Below are positions 1 through 11,784 of a stretch of DNA of 64,000 bases, piece by piece. The notes below the pieces were generated by a model. It was not told the DNA's origin, searched no databases, and saw nothing but the letters and a program-made list of their open reading frames with translations. Position 1 is the first letter of the stretch, and each line of letters begins with the position of its first letter. The position numbers and the translations under genes are program-made. The DNA lies in NCBI RefSeq assembly GCF_000315625.1, contig NW_005434670.1, positions 941,631 through 1,005,630 on the forward strand, written 5' to 3'. The stretch comes from Guillardia theta CCMP2712 (Eukaryota > Protista > Cryptophyta).

Positions 1-780
1 GCAGAGGTGCAGGACAAGGAGAGGCTGATGAGTCAGCAGCAGGAGGGAGGGGAGGGGAAGGAGCAAGGACCCTGAGAGAGGTTTCTGATCGCTGCGTTTC
101 TATTCCCCCATAAAGATACTAGCTCGCGAATATTCCTTCACGGATCATAGGACAAGCGGCTCGTCACCTCACCAGGGACCTGCTCTCTCCTCCTCCTCCT
201 CCTCCTCCCTCCTCCCTCCTCCCCCTCCCCTCCCCTCCTCCTCCCCTCCCCTCCATCTTGGAGAATGCTACTTTTCTCTTTCTTCTCACCCTCATCTCAC
301 TCTCGTTCTTACTGGCTTTCACAGAGCGTGTGTGTTATTCCCGATGCCTGCTCCTTCTTGCCCTAACTTGTACTGCTAACGTCCTGGCACTCTCCCTCCT
401 GTAGATATTCTTTTGTGCTCCGAATGTAACGAAAGGTGAAACCTTAACCCTCCCTTCCAACAGGCCTCCTCCTCCTCCTCCTCCTCCTCCTCCTCCTTCC
501 TCCTCACACCTCCACCTTGTCCAACTGTTCTTAATCTTCCTCCTCTTTCGTGCTTCTACTCCATTCCTGCCTGTGCTGCTCTCTCTGGCACCTTCCCCTG
601 TCGATCTCTTGTGAAAAACTTTATTCGCCATGCTATATGAACGAGACAGGGTGGGCGGTAAGAGGAAGAAGAGCAGAAAAGACAGCGGAGGAAGGACGAC
701 GAGCAGGACGAGCAACAGGAAGAGGAGGAGCAAGTAGCAAACAGTGCAGGAGGAGGAGGAGGAGATCGAGGTTCTTGGTA

Positions 781-3026
781 TCAGTGGGAGTGGGATGCGA
801 TGGAGAAGACAATCAGCACAGAGAGGAGGATGGCGAAGAAAGTGGCGATGGGCCGGTAGAACCTGTGCAGGAAGGAGGGGAACGGCTGAACGACCGTCTC
901 CAAGTTCACCTTGTCATGTGCGTCCTCCGGGTCGGCGACCTTGAGAGCCTGGAGGAAGCAAGAAGTGTCCTGCTCCTGCTCCTGTGCAGTGCCGAGCTCG
1001 GAGGAGTGCAGTTCTACCTGATGAGGAGGTAGCCAAGAGGAAGGAACCATCCCTCGCACACCGACGGCGGCGAGAGCGATGAGGAGGGGAAGACGAAGTT
1101 GATGGGGCCGAGAGCCAGGTCTCCGCTCCATGCGATGAGCTCGTTGAAGAGTCCTCCCTGCGAGACGTTGAGGAAGCGCAAGGGGAGAAGGGCAAGAAAG
1201 GAAGGGGGAAGAAAAGAACAGAGAAGGAGGAGAGGAGGGATTGAAGGGGACAACGAAGAAGTCGTTTCTGGGAATGGAGGAAACAGAAGTTTGACGCAGG
1301 CAGACGAGAGAAGCATTGGAACGAGAAACAGGCAATTGGTTCAGAGAAGCTGATGACGGAAGGGAGGAAAAGGGCGAACAAGAGGAGGAGGAGGAGGAGG
1401 AGGAGGAGGAGGAGGAGGGGGGGGGGGGGGGAAGAAAGAAAGCGAAGTTGTTGACAGGGAGGAGAGAGAGCAAGAGGGCTAACCTCGTAAAAGACCCAAC
1501 TGACCAACCACGGAAAGAAGATCGCCCAGAAGTGGCTCATCCTCGGCCCGCAGACTCGTCCCACGAGGAGGCTGTAGCGCGTGACGATGCAGATGAAAGG
1601 GATGCCCAGCCCGATCATGCCGAAGGCGAACAGAAAGGCGCTGACGCGGGTGATGGTGGGGGAGCAGGCGTTGGAGAGCGTGTTCAGGAAGTTGCCCTCC
1701 GCTCTGTAGTAGGCCATGGCGCCCATCCATCCGGTTGCCACGTAGAGGATCGTGGAGAAGAAGGTAGAGATCCAGATAGAGGGGGCGATGCCGACTTCTG
1801 CCTTCTTCTCGTTCACCCACGAGGGGACGACGACGATGAAGGCGAAGTTGAAGACGATGCTTCCAAGCACGTGGCTGTAGTCGTGCCCGAAGGCCGGGAC
1901 CTCGTGGTTCCCCATGCCCTGCATGTAGAACTGCATGAGGAACTCAGCGGAGAGGAGGAGGAGCATGTAGAAGGAGATCTTCTGGATGAAGATGTTTTCC
2001 TCCAGGTTCATGATGCTCATGGGGATCAGGATCAGTGCAAGGCTCAGGTACCCCAGCGAGATGATGGCGCGGGACTCCTCGGGGTCGTTGAAGGGGATCA
2101 CCTTCCCCTGGTGGCAGGCAGCCGACTGCTCCATGGTGACCGGGGGCTGGAGGATCGCCTTGAGCGGAGGAGACCAGCTGATGATGTCGAGCGTCGGCCA
2201 GACCTGGAGGGCGTACGTGGTGTGCCGGGGGTTGAGGAAAACGATGAAGGAGTCCATGACCTGCGCGTTTGAGATGATAGAGGAGGAGATCTGCGCCATC
2301 ATGTTCACTATGAACATCCCCTGCGCAAGCTGCATCCCCCTGTGCCCCCAGAACTCCTCGAAGACGTTGACGAACTCAATCCTCCTCTGGAAGCGGCTGT
2401 TGCCTGGCACGCGCGCCATGGCGTCTGTGAGGAGAATCGCGGCCAGGGAGGAGGCGATGCAGATGACGAAAAGGACTACGGTAGGAACGAACCAGCCAGC
2501 ATCCTGCACGAGCACAAGCCGCTAATCAGATCCGATGAGAGTCATGAGAAGGAGGGAGGACCTCAGGAGAAGGGAGGAGGAGAAGAACATTAGAGGGTTG
2601 GGGAAGCGAGGAGAGGGAAAGCAGGAGGAGAGGTGAGGAGAGGTGACGAGAGAAGGGGAGGGGATGGGAGGGGAGGAGAGGACAGGTGAGGTGAGGAGGG
2701 GAGGAGGGGAAGGGAATAAGGGGACAGAGGAAAGAGCAGTGAAAGAGAAAGGGGAGGGGAAAGAGTCCAGGAGGGAGGGGTGGACAAAGATCTCTCACCT
2801 GGTAGACTTTGGGAAGGACGAGCATGCCTGGGCCAGCGATGTTGTTGACGACGATGACGATGGAGCTGAAGAAGCCAAGAGACTTTCCTCCCAGCAGTCC
2901 TCCCCTCGACGTGTCTGGTCTGCCTTCATTGTCCCTGTAGCTGACGAAGCTGGCCTCATTCGAAGGGTCTTTGAGCTGCCTGTACTCGCTCCTCCGAGGG
3001 TGATCGCTGTGCCAGAAGCCCGACAT
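781..3026 (-). CDS. Amino-acid transporter (Aa_trans/AAAP, APC superfamily), multi-exon
   Basis: Exon 1 (3026-2799) contains the TM1 motif SIVIVVNNIAGPGMLVLP. A GT-AG intron joins VYQ|DAGW. Exon 2 (2503-1484) has many hydrophobic helices. Exon 3 starts about 1158 (GGLFNELIAWSG). There is an apparent 1-bp frameshift near 1086-1090, and the 3' end is approximate. Confidence 0.85.
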
Positions 3027-4200
3027 GGAGGAGGCGGCAGCTGCTGCTCTACCCCTTGCTGCCCTGTCTTGTAATCAACAGAGTTCGAGAACCAAGTGGA
3101 AGCGGTTTGATTTGTCTATCAGTGCAGTTCCAAGTCCATAAGTCCCGTCTGGACGGGTTGTGCTATGTAGCAGATGACGTATGTGTGATCGATCAGGTAC
3201 TGCAAACAAACAGGATGTTTTCAAGGTCGTGTCTTCTAAGAATCCAGGCAAACATGAAAGGCAGGCATGTCATCGAAGCATAGAGGAAACAGGTTTTCAT
3301 GCATACATCTTGGAGGCAGACCGTCACTCTCAGACACATCACACGACAGATCACACATGGGAGATCTACTACTGTCTTCAGGCATCCATTGCAGACAGTC
3401 TGATGCAATCATGTCTTTTCTCTCGCTCATGTCTTTTCACATGATTGTATCCTCCTTCCTGTGCGACTCTTTCTACTCAATCCTCTTCCATTCCCAACCA
3501 GCTGTTCACACCTGACATCTCCCTCCTCACACCCTCTGTTGATCTCTCCAACCATCTTCGGCCTCTTCGCTCTCCCATCATCTTCTACCACTCCATGTTC
3601 CTTCTCCAAATCTTCTCCACCACTTCACTTCCTCCTCCTCATCGCAGACTTACATGTTGCCTCCGTCTACTCCAGTACCATGCGCGCTGGTTCCCCGAAA
3701 TTCTACCACCGGTGGTATTTTGTGATTACCGGTATATTTTATTGCTTTTGTGCAGAGAAATGGAGGGGTTATCTTGTCTCAGGGATTCATTTCCCAGGGG
3801 TAGTACCTGCTGAGTCACCATCACGAGTCTGCCTCAGAGAAAGAGACATGATCCCCGCATCCCCCCTCATCTCAGATGCGCCTCAATCTGCTCTTCAATG
3901 CCGGATCGTTGGGCTGCAATGCGAGGAACGGCGATGCTGATTCCGTTTCATGATAACGGAGAAGAGTGGAAAGAGGACTGAAGAAGATGAGGGGAGAGGA
4001 GAGGATGGGCATGAAGAACTCCAAGAGGAAAGGGCCGAGAAAATCGAACATGTTCTTGAATGCAACATGTATTGATTCGGAACAGATGGTCTAGATACAT
4101 GGACGGTGCAAGTAACGGTCTGCACATACGGGACCGGAGGATTTAAATCCACTAGCACATCATAATTGAATGCGGTACCACTTTGGGCGAGAGGACACGA

Positions 4201-5322
4201 ATGCGATCGCAGAGCTTCTTCATCCTGCTGGAGTTTCTCGCCATGATAACATGCGTAAACACGGACAAGAGTTTGAAAGCAGTTGATCAGTTAGGATCAG
4301 GTCAGGACTGTTTGAATGTCAAAAGCAAGCCCGCTGCCCTTTGCAAGCATGCGGGCTGCAACAAACGAAAAGCGTACGGGGACGCGACAATGAGGGTGGC
4401 AGAGGCTTGTTCGAAGCATAAACAACCCCATCACATCAATCTCATGACCAAGAGATGCAACTGGCCTTCCTGCAGCAAGTATGCTTCCTTCAAGACAGAC
4501 AGTCAAACCTTCTGCGCTCTCCACAAGCCGGCCAACTCAACAGATTTCAGAAGTTCAGCAAAGGTTTGTCGATACCCAGAATGCAAGAAGCAAGCCTCGT
4601 ACGGAATTGCTCGACCCCTTTGGTGCAGAGATCACATGAACATCTCTGTCGACGTCGACGTCAAGAATCGGCTGTGCACGTTCGGCAACTGCTCCCAACG
4701 CGCTCTGTATGGAGATGCATCATCGGGCTTCAACTTGCGCTGTGCTCAACACAGGCTGACGTCGGACGTGAAAAGAAGGTTGTGAAGTTCAATGGTGAAC
4801 TACTGTGACGCTGTTGATCTTGCCAGGATGCTCTCGAGCAACGCCTCTGCTCTCTCGAGCAACGCCTCTGCTCTCACGGTAAGGAACGAGACATCCAAGA
4901 TCTCCTCCAGTGAAACCTTGAACTTGCCAGCAAGCAACAGGCCAGCGGGGCGGAGGTTACAACAGCACCAGAGGATGTGAGGGGCGAGGGTGCTGGTGCC
5001 GCTCTGCTCACTTTGCTCTCCCTCAGCAGCGCTGGCACCGAGACCAAGATCCATCAGGAGGAAACTCATGAAGAAGCTCATCTCTGCGTACAAAGCGCTC
5101 TGTGGCACTCGATGTCAGAACAGGACAGGGGCGAAGGTGTACACCCAGAGTATGTCTGAGGATGCTGGGAGAACCAGCAGCTCTCGTGAGGTAGGACGGG
5201 AATGTGATCTTGAATGTGAGTGCAAAGCTCAAGCCAAAGAGGGGATGACGGTGATCGCTGAACAACTTCAGAGGTGTTGGACCAGTGATGATATTCTCTT
5301 GTCTTCTGACGGTCATGTTTAA
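4201..5322 (+). CDS. EsV-1-7-type cysteine-rich repeat protein with hydrophobic N-terminus
   Basis: ORF 4183-4785 has four C-x4-C...(Y/F)...C-x2-H repeats: CKHAGC..AYG..CSKHK, CNWPSC..ASF..CALHK, CRYPEC..SYG..CRDH and CTFGNC..LYG..CAQHR. It probably splices on into 4828-5322; the 3' structure is uncertain. Confidence 0.75.
4831..4872 (+). repeat. 21-bp tandem duplication (LSSNASA x2)
   Basis: ctctcgagcaacgcctctgct occurs twice head-to-tail. Confidence 0.9.
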
Positions 5323-5566
5323 GGTATATCACAAGCATCCCTCCATACAACAAGTATATTACAGTTCTGGTTGAAAGTGCGCTGGGTCGAGGATTCTTCC
5401 AGCTGCTTCTCTCCTCCGGGTTCCGGGTGAAGGTTTACACATTGGAGCTCTCATCTCCGACCGTGAAGCCTGGTCTGTCATCCATGGACTTGAAGTTCTA
5501 GCCCAACGTTCTTGAGTGCTCAGCTCCACGAGTCAAGAGACTGGGGTTTGCATCCTCTTGGAGTCA

Positions 5567-8500
5567 TCAAAGGTTGCAAGAATCCGGTAAAATACATATG
5601 TCCTGCGAAAAAGACGGATCACCGACCGGAAAGGCAGGCAGGGAGCAGCGGCAACCATGGGCGGCAGCGGCTCTGTCATCTCGAAGTATCCAAGGCGAGC
5701 CGTCAGCGTGAAGTTGAGGTCAGAGTTCATGTCGAGGATGCGGTCAGCTGGGATCTTGAAGGCGGACGCGATGCCGTAGAGCTGGCAGGCCGTCAGGACC
5801 CCAAGCGCAGCTCAGAAGTCACTCACTGTCTCTTGCCACTGGGGCCGGTACAAGTGCCCAACGTTGGCTGTGCGGGAGATCCCGTTCTCGCCTACCTGCT
5901 GGATCGCACTAGGGTCCCGAACATGAGGGTTTAGGCTCCAGATCTGCCAGAAAAGCATCAGAGAGTGAGGAGGCGATCTTCCAGGAACGAGGAGGAGAGC
6001 ACGAGGGTTGGTTACCTGCAGCCAGTTTGTCTTGAAGCGTGTTGCTATGCTCACGATGGAGTCGCTGGGTTGGAGGTACCAGATGCATCGCTGGACCTGG
6101 ACTTGGATGCAGTGGCTCTGACAGTGCGGCACCGGCATGTGGGAGGTTCCCGGACAAGGGCTTGACTCAACGCAGCTCTGGAGGCATACTTCACCGACCC
6201 ATCCTCCGTGGAAGTAGTTTGGAGTCCACAAGAGGAATCCTTGAGAGTCTGCGATGTTGGACAGCTGTAGGTTGACATCCTTGGTGAAGCTCCCGAGGGT
6301 TTGCATGTCGGCTCCGATGAGAATCAAACCTGTTCGGCTGGTCTTCCAGTTGTGATCACCCAAGATCTCCTCATCGGGAAACAAACTTGTTCCTCTAGCA
6401 GAAGGCCACGTCACTGGAAGGGAGCATGCAAGGGAAGGTACCTGATCTGAGAAATGCTGATGGATGGCACCGGCATGCTCGCATAGAACGGTGGATCGTT
6501 CCTTCGGACCGCGATGGGAACAGAGAGCTGCAAGGCAAACTCACACCAGGAGGAAAGAGAAGTCAACGTCTCTACCTGCTTGCCCATGGTAGCCTGATGG
6601 ATCACTTGTGGGCTTGTAACAGTAGGAGGAAGGGTGTAACGTACGTTCACAAGCACGCACTGCATGGCGCTCCCATAGTCTATCGGGCATCAAGTGGGGG
6701 TCACCTCATGACAAGAGGGCAAACTTGACTTACGGGTCGCCATCACGTTTGCGCAGACAACAGCAGTCTTGTTCTCCCCCACGCAAGGCCGCCAGAAGAT
6801 TTGCTTCGAGAGATTTCCGTACGGCTGCCTCAGGTAGTAGAGAGTAACGGAGAAGTTGGAGACGATGGCAGATATCTAGCACAAACGTGTCAGGGGTCGC
6901 TCAGAGCAGCTCATCTCCCGACTCACTGGTGTATATCCTGAGATGTTATTAGGAGTGATGTCAGTGATGGGCGGGCCCTGGCCCTTCCTGTACATAATGA
7001 ACACTGCGATGCCCGTCTTCGTGAAGTCAGCCTTCAGCAAGCTGTTTTGTTCAAGATGTATCCTTGGCTGAAGTATTGGTCCAGCCTCTGGGTATTGTTG
7101 ACAAGAACAATGTCGGTAATGGCCTGGAACGAGTCAGGGACCGAGTTCGACTCGAAGGTCTCGTAGTCTTGTGTGTGCAGCTTCTCAAAGATTACCGAGA
7201 CGTCCAAACTTCCTTGCACATCTTTCCCTTGTACCCAGTCATAAGTTTCGACCGGGGCTGACGAGATCCAGCCCATGGGGACTGGCTGAGACTGGCTGTG
7301 GTCTATCGCCTGGTAGGAGATGGGGAGGTAAAAGCTAGAGGGACGAGAACCAAAGAACTTGGTCTGATAGAAAACGTCGATGGCCGTGATGTAATCTCCT
7401 TCAGGACTGACAGAGTGCATGCTCAACGAGGGTATGACTGCACGGTCGCTGTGACTTTCAACGAAGTTGTAAGGCTCGTACCCTGTGTTGGTAGACTGCA
7501 ACGTGCTCTGCTGAGATTCCGTAGCGATCATGTACCGCAACGACAGCACCTCCATGTCGTCCGCCTTGTTCTCGTACGAAAACGTCTGGGCATAGCTAGA
7601 AACTGACATGGGGTAAAGAGGAAAGTTCTTCCCTATCGTTAGGTCGAGGGTGCAAAGATTGCCAGGTGCACAAGTGTAGGCCGAGTGCTTGCTGGGCTGC
7701 CTTGAAACGATCACGTCGGGTCCCTTCGCCATGAACATGCTCGTCGCTTCAGTCCAGGAGTTCCCGTAACTCACTCGAAAGGTGACGAAACCGAAGTCGC
7801 CGACCTCAAAGTTCTCAAAGGCAACTAGTGTACACTGAGAGTTGAGATGGTCTTGCCCCAACGAAACCGTTCCAGCGACGCGCGTCTCATTCTCGCTAGA
7901 CACTTGCCAGGTGTAGTTTGCAGGATAATTGTCGTCGGCAGTCCAAAAGATCGTCCCACTGCTTCTTGATACCAAGTTTCCTCGATTCAGACTGCAGACG
8001 GTGAGGGGGCTGGTGTTGCTGACGTTGATGTACAACACGGGAAAGATGACGATGCGAGGTGACCCGATGTAGTCCGAGAGATCGATGCTCGTGCTAACCT
8101 TGTAGCTGCTTGCTGTCCCGTTCTTGCAACAACCCTGCAGAGATGCAACCCATGGCGTCGTCCTACAGGGTTGGCCGACGTAGTGACCAGGGGGGTAGAA
8201 CACGTTGCAAGCTTTGAACTCGCCCGAGTACTTGTGCGAGATCCTCGTGACTCCTAGGAACCAGTCGTTCTCCACGTCCACTGACTCCACTTGTATCGTC
8301 ATCCCGTATTGCGAGGACCCGTCACCTGCCAAAGATTTCAACATCACCAACAATGTGCAGGTTTGCGACAAGTGAACACGACGAACCTGGATCGAAGAGC
8401 GAGGCGATGGCAACACTAGATGCCTGGACATCAGCTGTCGTGCCGGAAAGCAAGACAGCATCTCCAACAGACGGAGAGCTGCATTGGTTGCAGACTGGAT

Positions 8501-8708
8501 CGCAACGGCGACAAGGCCATTCGAAAGAACGTCGCCAAGCGCTCCATATCTCGAAGTCAACTGATGTTGTTCCTTGAGTTTGCCGCCATGAAATGGATGC
8601 TGCTATGAAGTTCCCTGAAGCAGCAACACGCACGTCAATGATGATGAGCAGCAGGCAGGCGAGCGAGCGCGGCAGGAGAAGGAAACGTCGCATCCTCGCT
8701 CCTGGCAT
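5567..8708 (-). CDS. Secreted multidomain protein A: signal peptide, Sib-like N-terminal region, MABP-like beta-prism, two C-terminal LysM domains
   Basis: Signal peptide RRFLLLPRSLACLLLIIIDVRVAA, then NFIAASISWRQ, PG|DG..VESVDVENDWF and PWVASLQGCC. The middle has YITAIDV/AITDIVL/PPITDI repeats. LysM1 is CIWYLQPSDSIVSIATRFKTNWLQ|IWSLNP; LysM2 ends DICILPDSCNL*. It is colinear with the paralog at 35967-38936. Confidence 0.8.
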
Positions 8709-9417
8709 GCCGCGGGTTTCGCTCACTCGAACTGCATGGAAAGTCCAAGGGTTCGGCAAGGATCAAACATGGCGCGCATTGTTCGCGCCTGCAGCCGGCA
8801 AGCTGCCATGCTCTTCGCCTCCTCCTTGCTGATCTACCTCGTCATAGCCAGCCATGCCGGATCATCGCGAACTGCCGCACAGGCCCTATTCCTTAACCAC
8901 TACCCCTCCATCCCTCTGATAAAGTACCCCTTCTTTTGATTCTATGGAGGGCAGCAATGTACTACTACCTCAGCCCTAGAGACTTCAGCCGACCGCATGC
9001 GTTCACTCGATCTAAAATGGGGGGGTGGGGTTAGATGAATTCGTCAGGGGTAGGGTAGGGTAGCAGATTGAAGTGGGGGCGAGTTTGAAATAGGGGGTAA
9101 GGGGTGATGATCACGGGTACGATTAGCGTTCTGTTGACGAGAAATGGGGGTTACAATTGGGGGTCAAACAACTTGTACCGGTTGGTCACAGGTAGGGGTA
9201 CAAACAGGGTTGCAGAAAGGGTGGTGATGTTAAAATTGAGGGGTGGGGGTGGTGGAAGAGTGTTGCACTCGGGATGGCGGAAGGTAAGCTTCGTCAAGAG
9301 TAGGAAACTGTGGGGAGGAGGAGGAGGAGGAGGAAGGGGGGGGAGGAGGAGGAAACGAGAACACACTGGATACAAGGAGAGGAGGAGGAGGAGGAGTGTG
9401 ATGGTTATATCATCTCT

Positions 9418-11628
9418 ATGAGGCTCTCACATTCTGTCTACTGGCTGAAACGGCCTCGTTACAGAGGAACGATTCTCAATGGTTGACATATGTCGATTTA
9501 TTTGATGATATTCAGATAGAGAAACGTGGAAACTGATGATGTTTTACAGGTGAGACAAGCCAGAAGAAGAAGAGCAAGTCAGAGAAGAAGAACACAGAGG
9601 TGTTCTTCGACCAGAAGCACCTCTTGTGGTTCGGGGGAATCTGCGTTTTCCTTCTTCTCATTCGGGTGGGATATGATGATGGCAAGGGAAAGGCGAAGCA
9701 GGACGACCTCTTGGATGGCCAGGATCTCTATGAGGTGTTAGAGATCAAGAAGACTTCCTCCGACAAGGATGTGAAGAAAGCCTACCACAAACTCGCCATG
9801 AAATGGCACCCGGACAAGAATCCCAATTGCGAGGAATGCCAGCTGAAGTTCCAGAGAGTCGCTAGAGCGTATGAAGTTCTCTCGGACCCCATGAAGAGGA
9901 AGATCTATGACAAGGAGCAGAAGCTGATGGAATCTGCGATCAAGTCGAACACCGTCTCGATCACAACCTCAAACTATCACGAGCTGGTGAAGTCAGGGGA
10001 CATCTGGCTTATCCAAGTCTATGTGGATTGGAATGAATTCTGCCAGCATTATGCGCCTGTGTGGGAGGAAGTTGCTTCTCGTCTCGACGGCGTGATCTCG
10101 GTAGGACGAGTGAACCTGGGCCGAGACAAGGGGCTGGGGTCAAGGCTGATGGGCAGCAAGGACACTGTCCCATCCATCGCGATCTGGGACGGAGCGACTG
10201 AAGTTCGACGAGTGAGGTTTCAGTTCCATGACGTCTCGGTCGATGGTCTTATCAAGTTTGTGGCGCAAGCGATGAGAGAGCGGTTTAAGGTGAAGGAGTT
10301 GAAGGATGCTAGGGACCTCAAGACGTTTGTGAGCGACAACAGGAACAAGGTTCGTGCGGTGTTTGTCGGCAAGGCAGGCAGCCTGGAGCAGGTTTCGTTC
10401 ATTGCTGCAGCCTCAAAGTTTCATCCTCACCTCGCATTGGCGATCACTTCCAAATTGTCTGTGGGGCAATCGGCCTGGGAAGGTATCAAGCCCCCTGCTG
10501 TTCTCTTATTCCGGGGCGACGAGGTCTCGGACGAGCCAGCGATGATCTCAGGCAGACTGTCAAAGAAAGAGATGATGAAGAAGCTGAACGACAGTCGCTA
10601 TCTCTTCTGCCCCAGACTGATTGCCGGCAACTTCCACAATGTGTGCGAGAGCTCCTGGTGTGCTGTGAAGGTGATTGGAGATGGCGAGAAGCCGTTCGCC
10701 TCTGCAAGGGTCCTAGTGAAGGTGAAGAATGCCGTGAAGCCTGCAGGATTGAACGTCTCTGTTGCTGCGATCGAGTCTTCCCTGCAGTCCCCCGTCCTGT
10801 CTTCGTTTGGAAAAGTCAAAAAGGGCGACGTCCTCTTGCTCCACAGAGAAGGCGACGGCGCTGTTGAGTCCGGGGAGAAGAAAATTCGTTACTGGATCTT
10901 GGAGAAGGCCAGTTCTGAGGATGAAACATCTTTGACCAGCCTGATCAAGCAAATTGCGACAAAGGGAGAAGGTTCAAACGTGGTCGAGGGACATGTAGAC
11001 GGAGGCGAGAATGCCCTCACCTCCAAGTTGGTTCCCGATCGTGTGTCTTTCACTCAGGTTCGTTTTGTAGTGGCTGATAGACCACATAGCATGGTCACGT
11101 TGCTTTCAGGTCGTCTTTGATTTCGTGGACAACCTCTCGGTGGAGAAGCAGATCATCTTATACACTGTCCTCTTGGTGTGCATTTTTTCTTGTTCACCCC
11201 TGGCTGATCTTGTGCTTCTTAGAGTATTGGGGTGCTGTTCTCCTTCTACGTCGGCAAGCCCATCCTTCAGGCGACAACTTTAGCGTTGGATCAGAAGTAT
11301 CTTCAGCAGGTGAAACCACTTGTTTCATCTCTTCCTCTTCATTGCACCTAGCTCAATGTTGGACAGTTTTCTTCCTCAATTCTTGTCTCACTTTCATCAA
11401 TTCGGTCAAAAGTTCCAGTGCCCACTCTTATCATTTACACAGGACAACCAAGAAGACCTTGACGGGTCTGATAGTGGTAAGGAGGCGTCGCCAAGGCACC
11501 ACTCGGATGTGAGACAAGCTTTATGGAATATCGTGATCATTGCAGCTTGACATGCCATGCAGAGCGAGGAAGAGGACGATCAAGATGACGAAGACGAAGA
11601 TGTCGTGCTTGTCAAGAAAAGAAAATAG
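9418..11628 (+). CDS. DnaJ + thioredoxin-fold membrane protein (DNAJC16/ERdj8-like)
   Basis: J-domain [31 protein letters not shown], followed by thioredoxin-like [24 protein letters not shown]. Hydrophobic segments lie near the N-terminus and after the Trx domains, and there is an acidic tail ending at TAG 11626-11628. The start exon is inferred from a phase-1 intron. Confidence 0.85.
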
Positions 11629-11784
11629 TCAAGGACAATCTTTTGCTACGCTTCTTGTACTTCTAAGCAACCTTTAAGATATCAAACAAGCACCCTTTTT
11701 CAATATTCTTCAAGCGTCCTTCAGATGGGCATCCAACTCTGCTGATCGAGTCATATTACATCTTCACATTCATCCTATTCTAGT

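Noticed and set aside
1316-2272. 318-aa plus-strand ORF and similar long antisense ORFs (e.g. 28955-30028, 52098-52937, 37924-38721)
   Set aside because: These are shadow frames opposite well-supported GC3-rich genes and carry no motifs of their own.
3075-4160. Possible small gene(s) between the transporter and EsV-1-7 genes (e.g. MEKEHG..AKRPK)
   Set aside because: Short ORFs with no consistent splice model or recognisable motif.
9048-9063. Telomere-like (TAGGG)n
   Set aside because: Only about three units, internal, and part of a general G-rich spacer.
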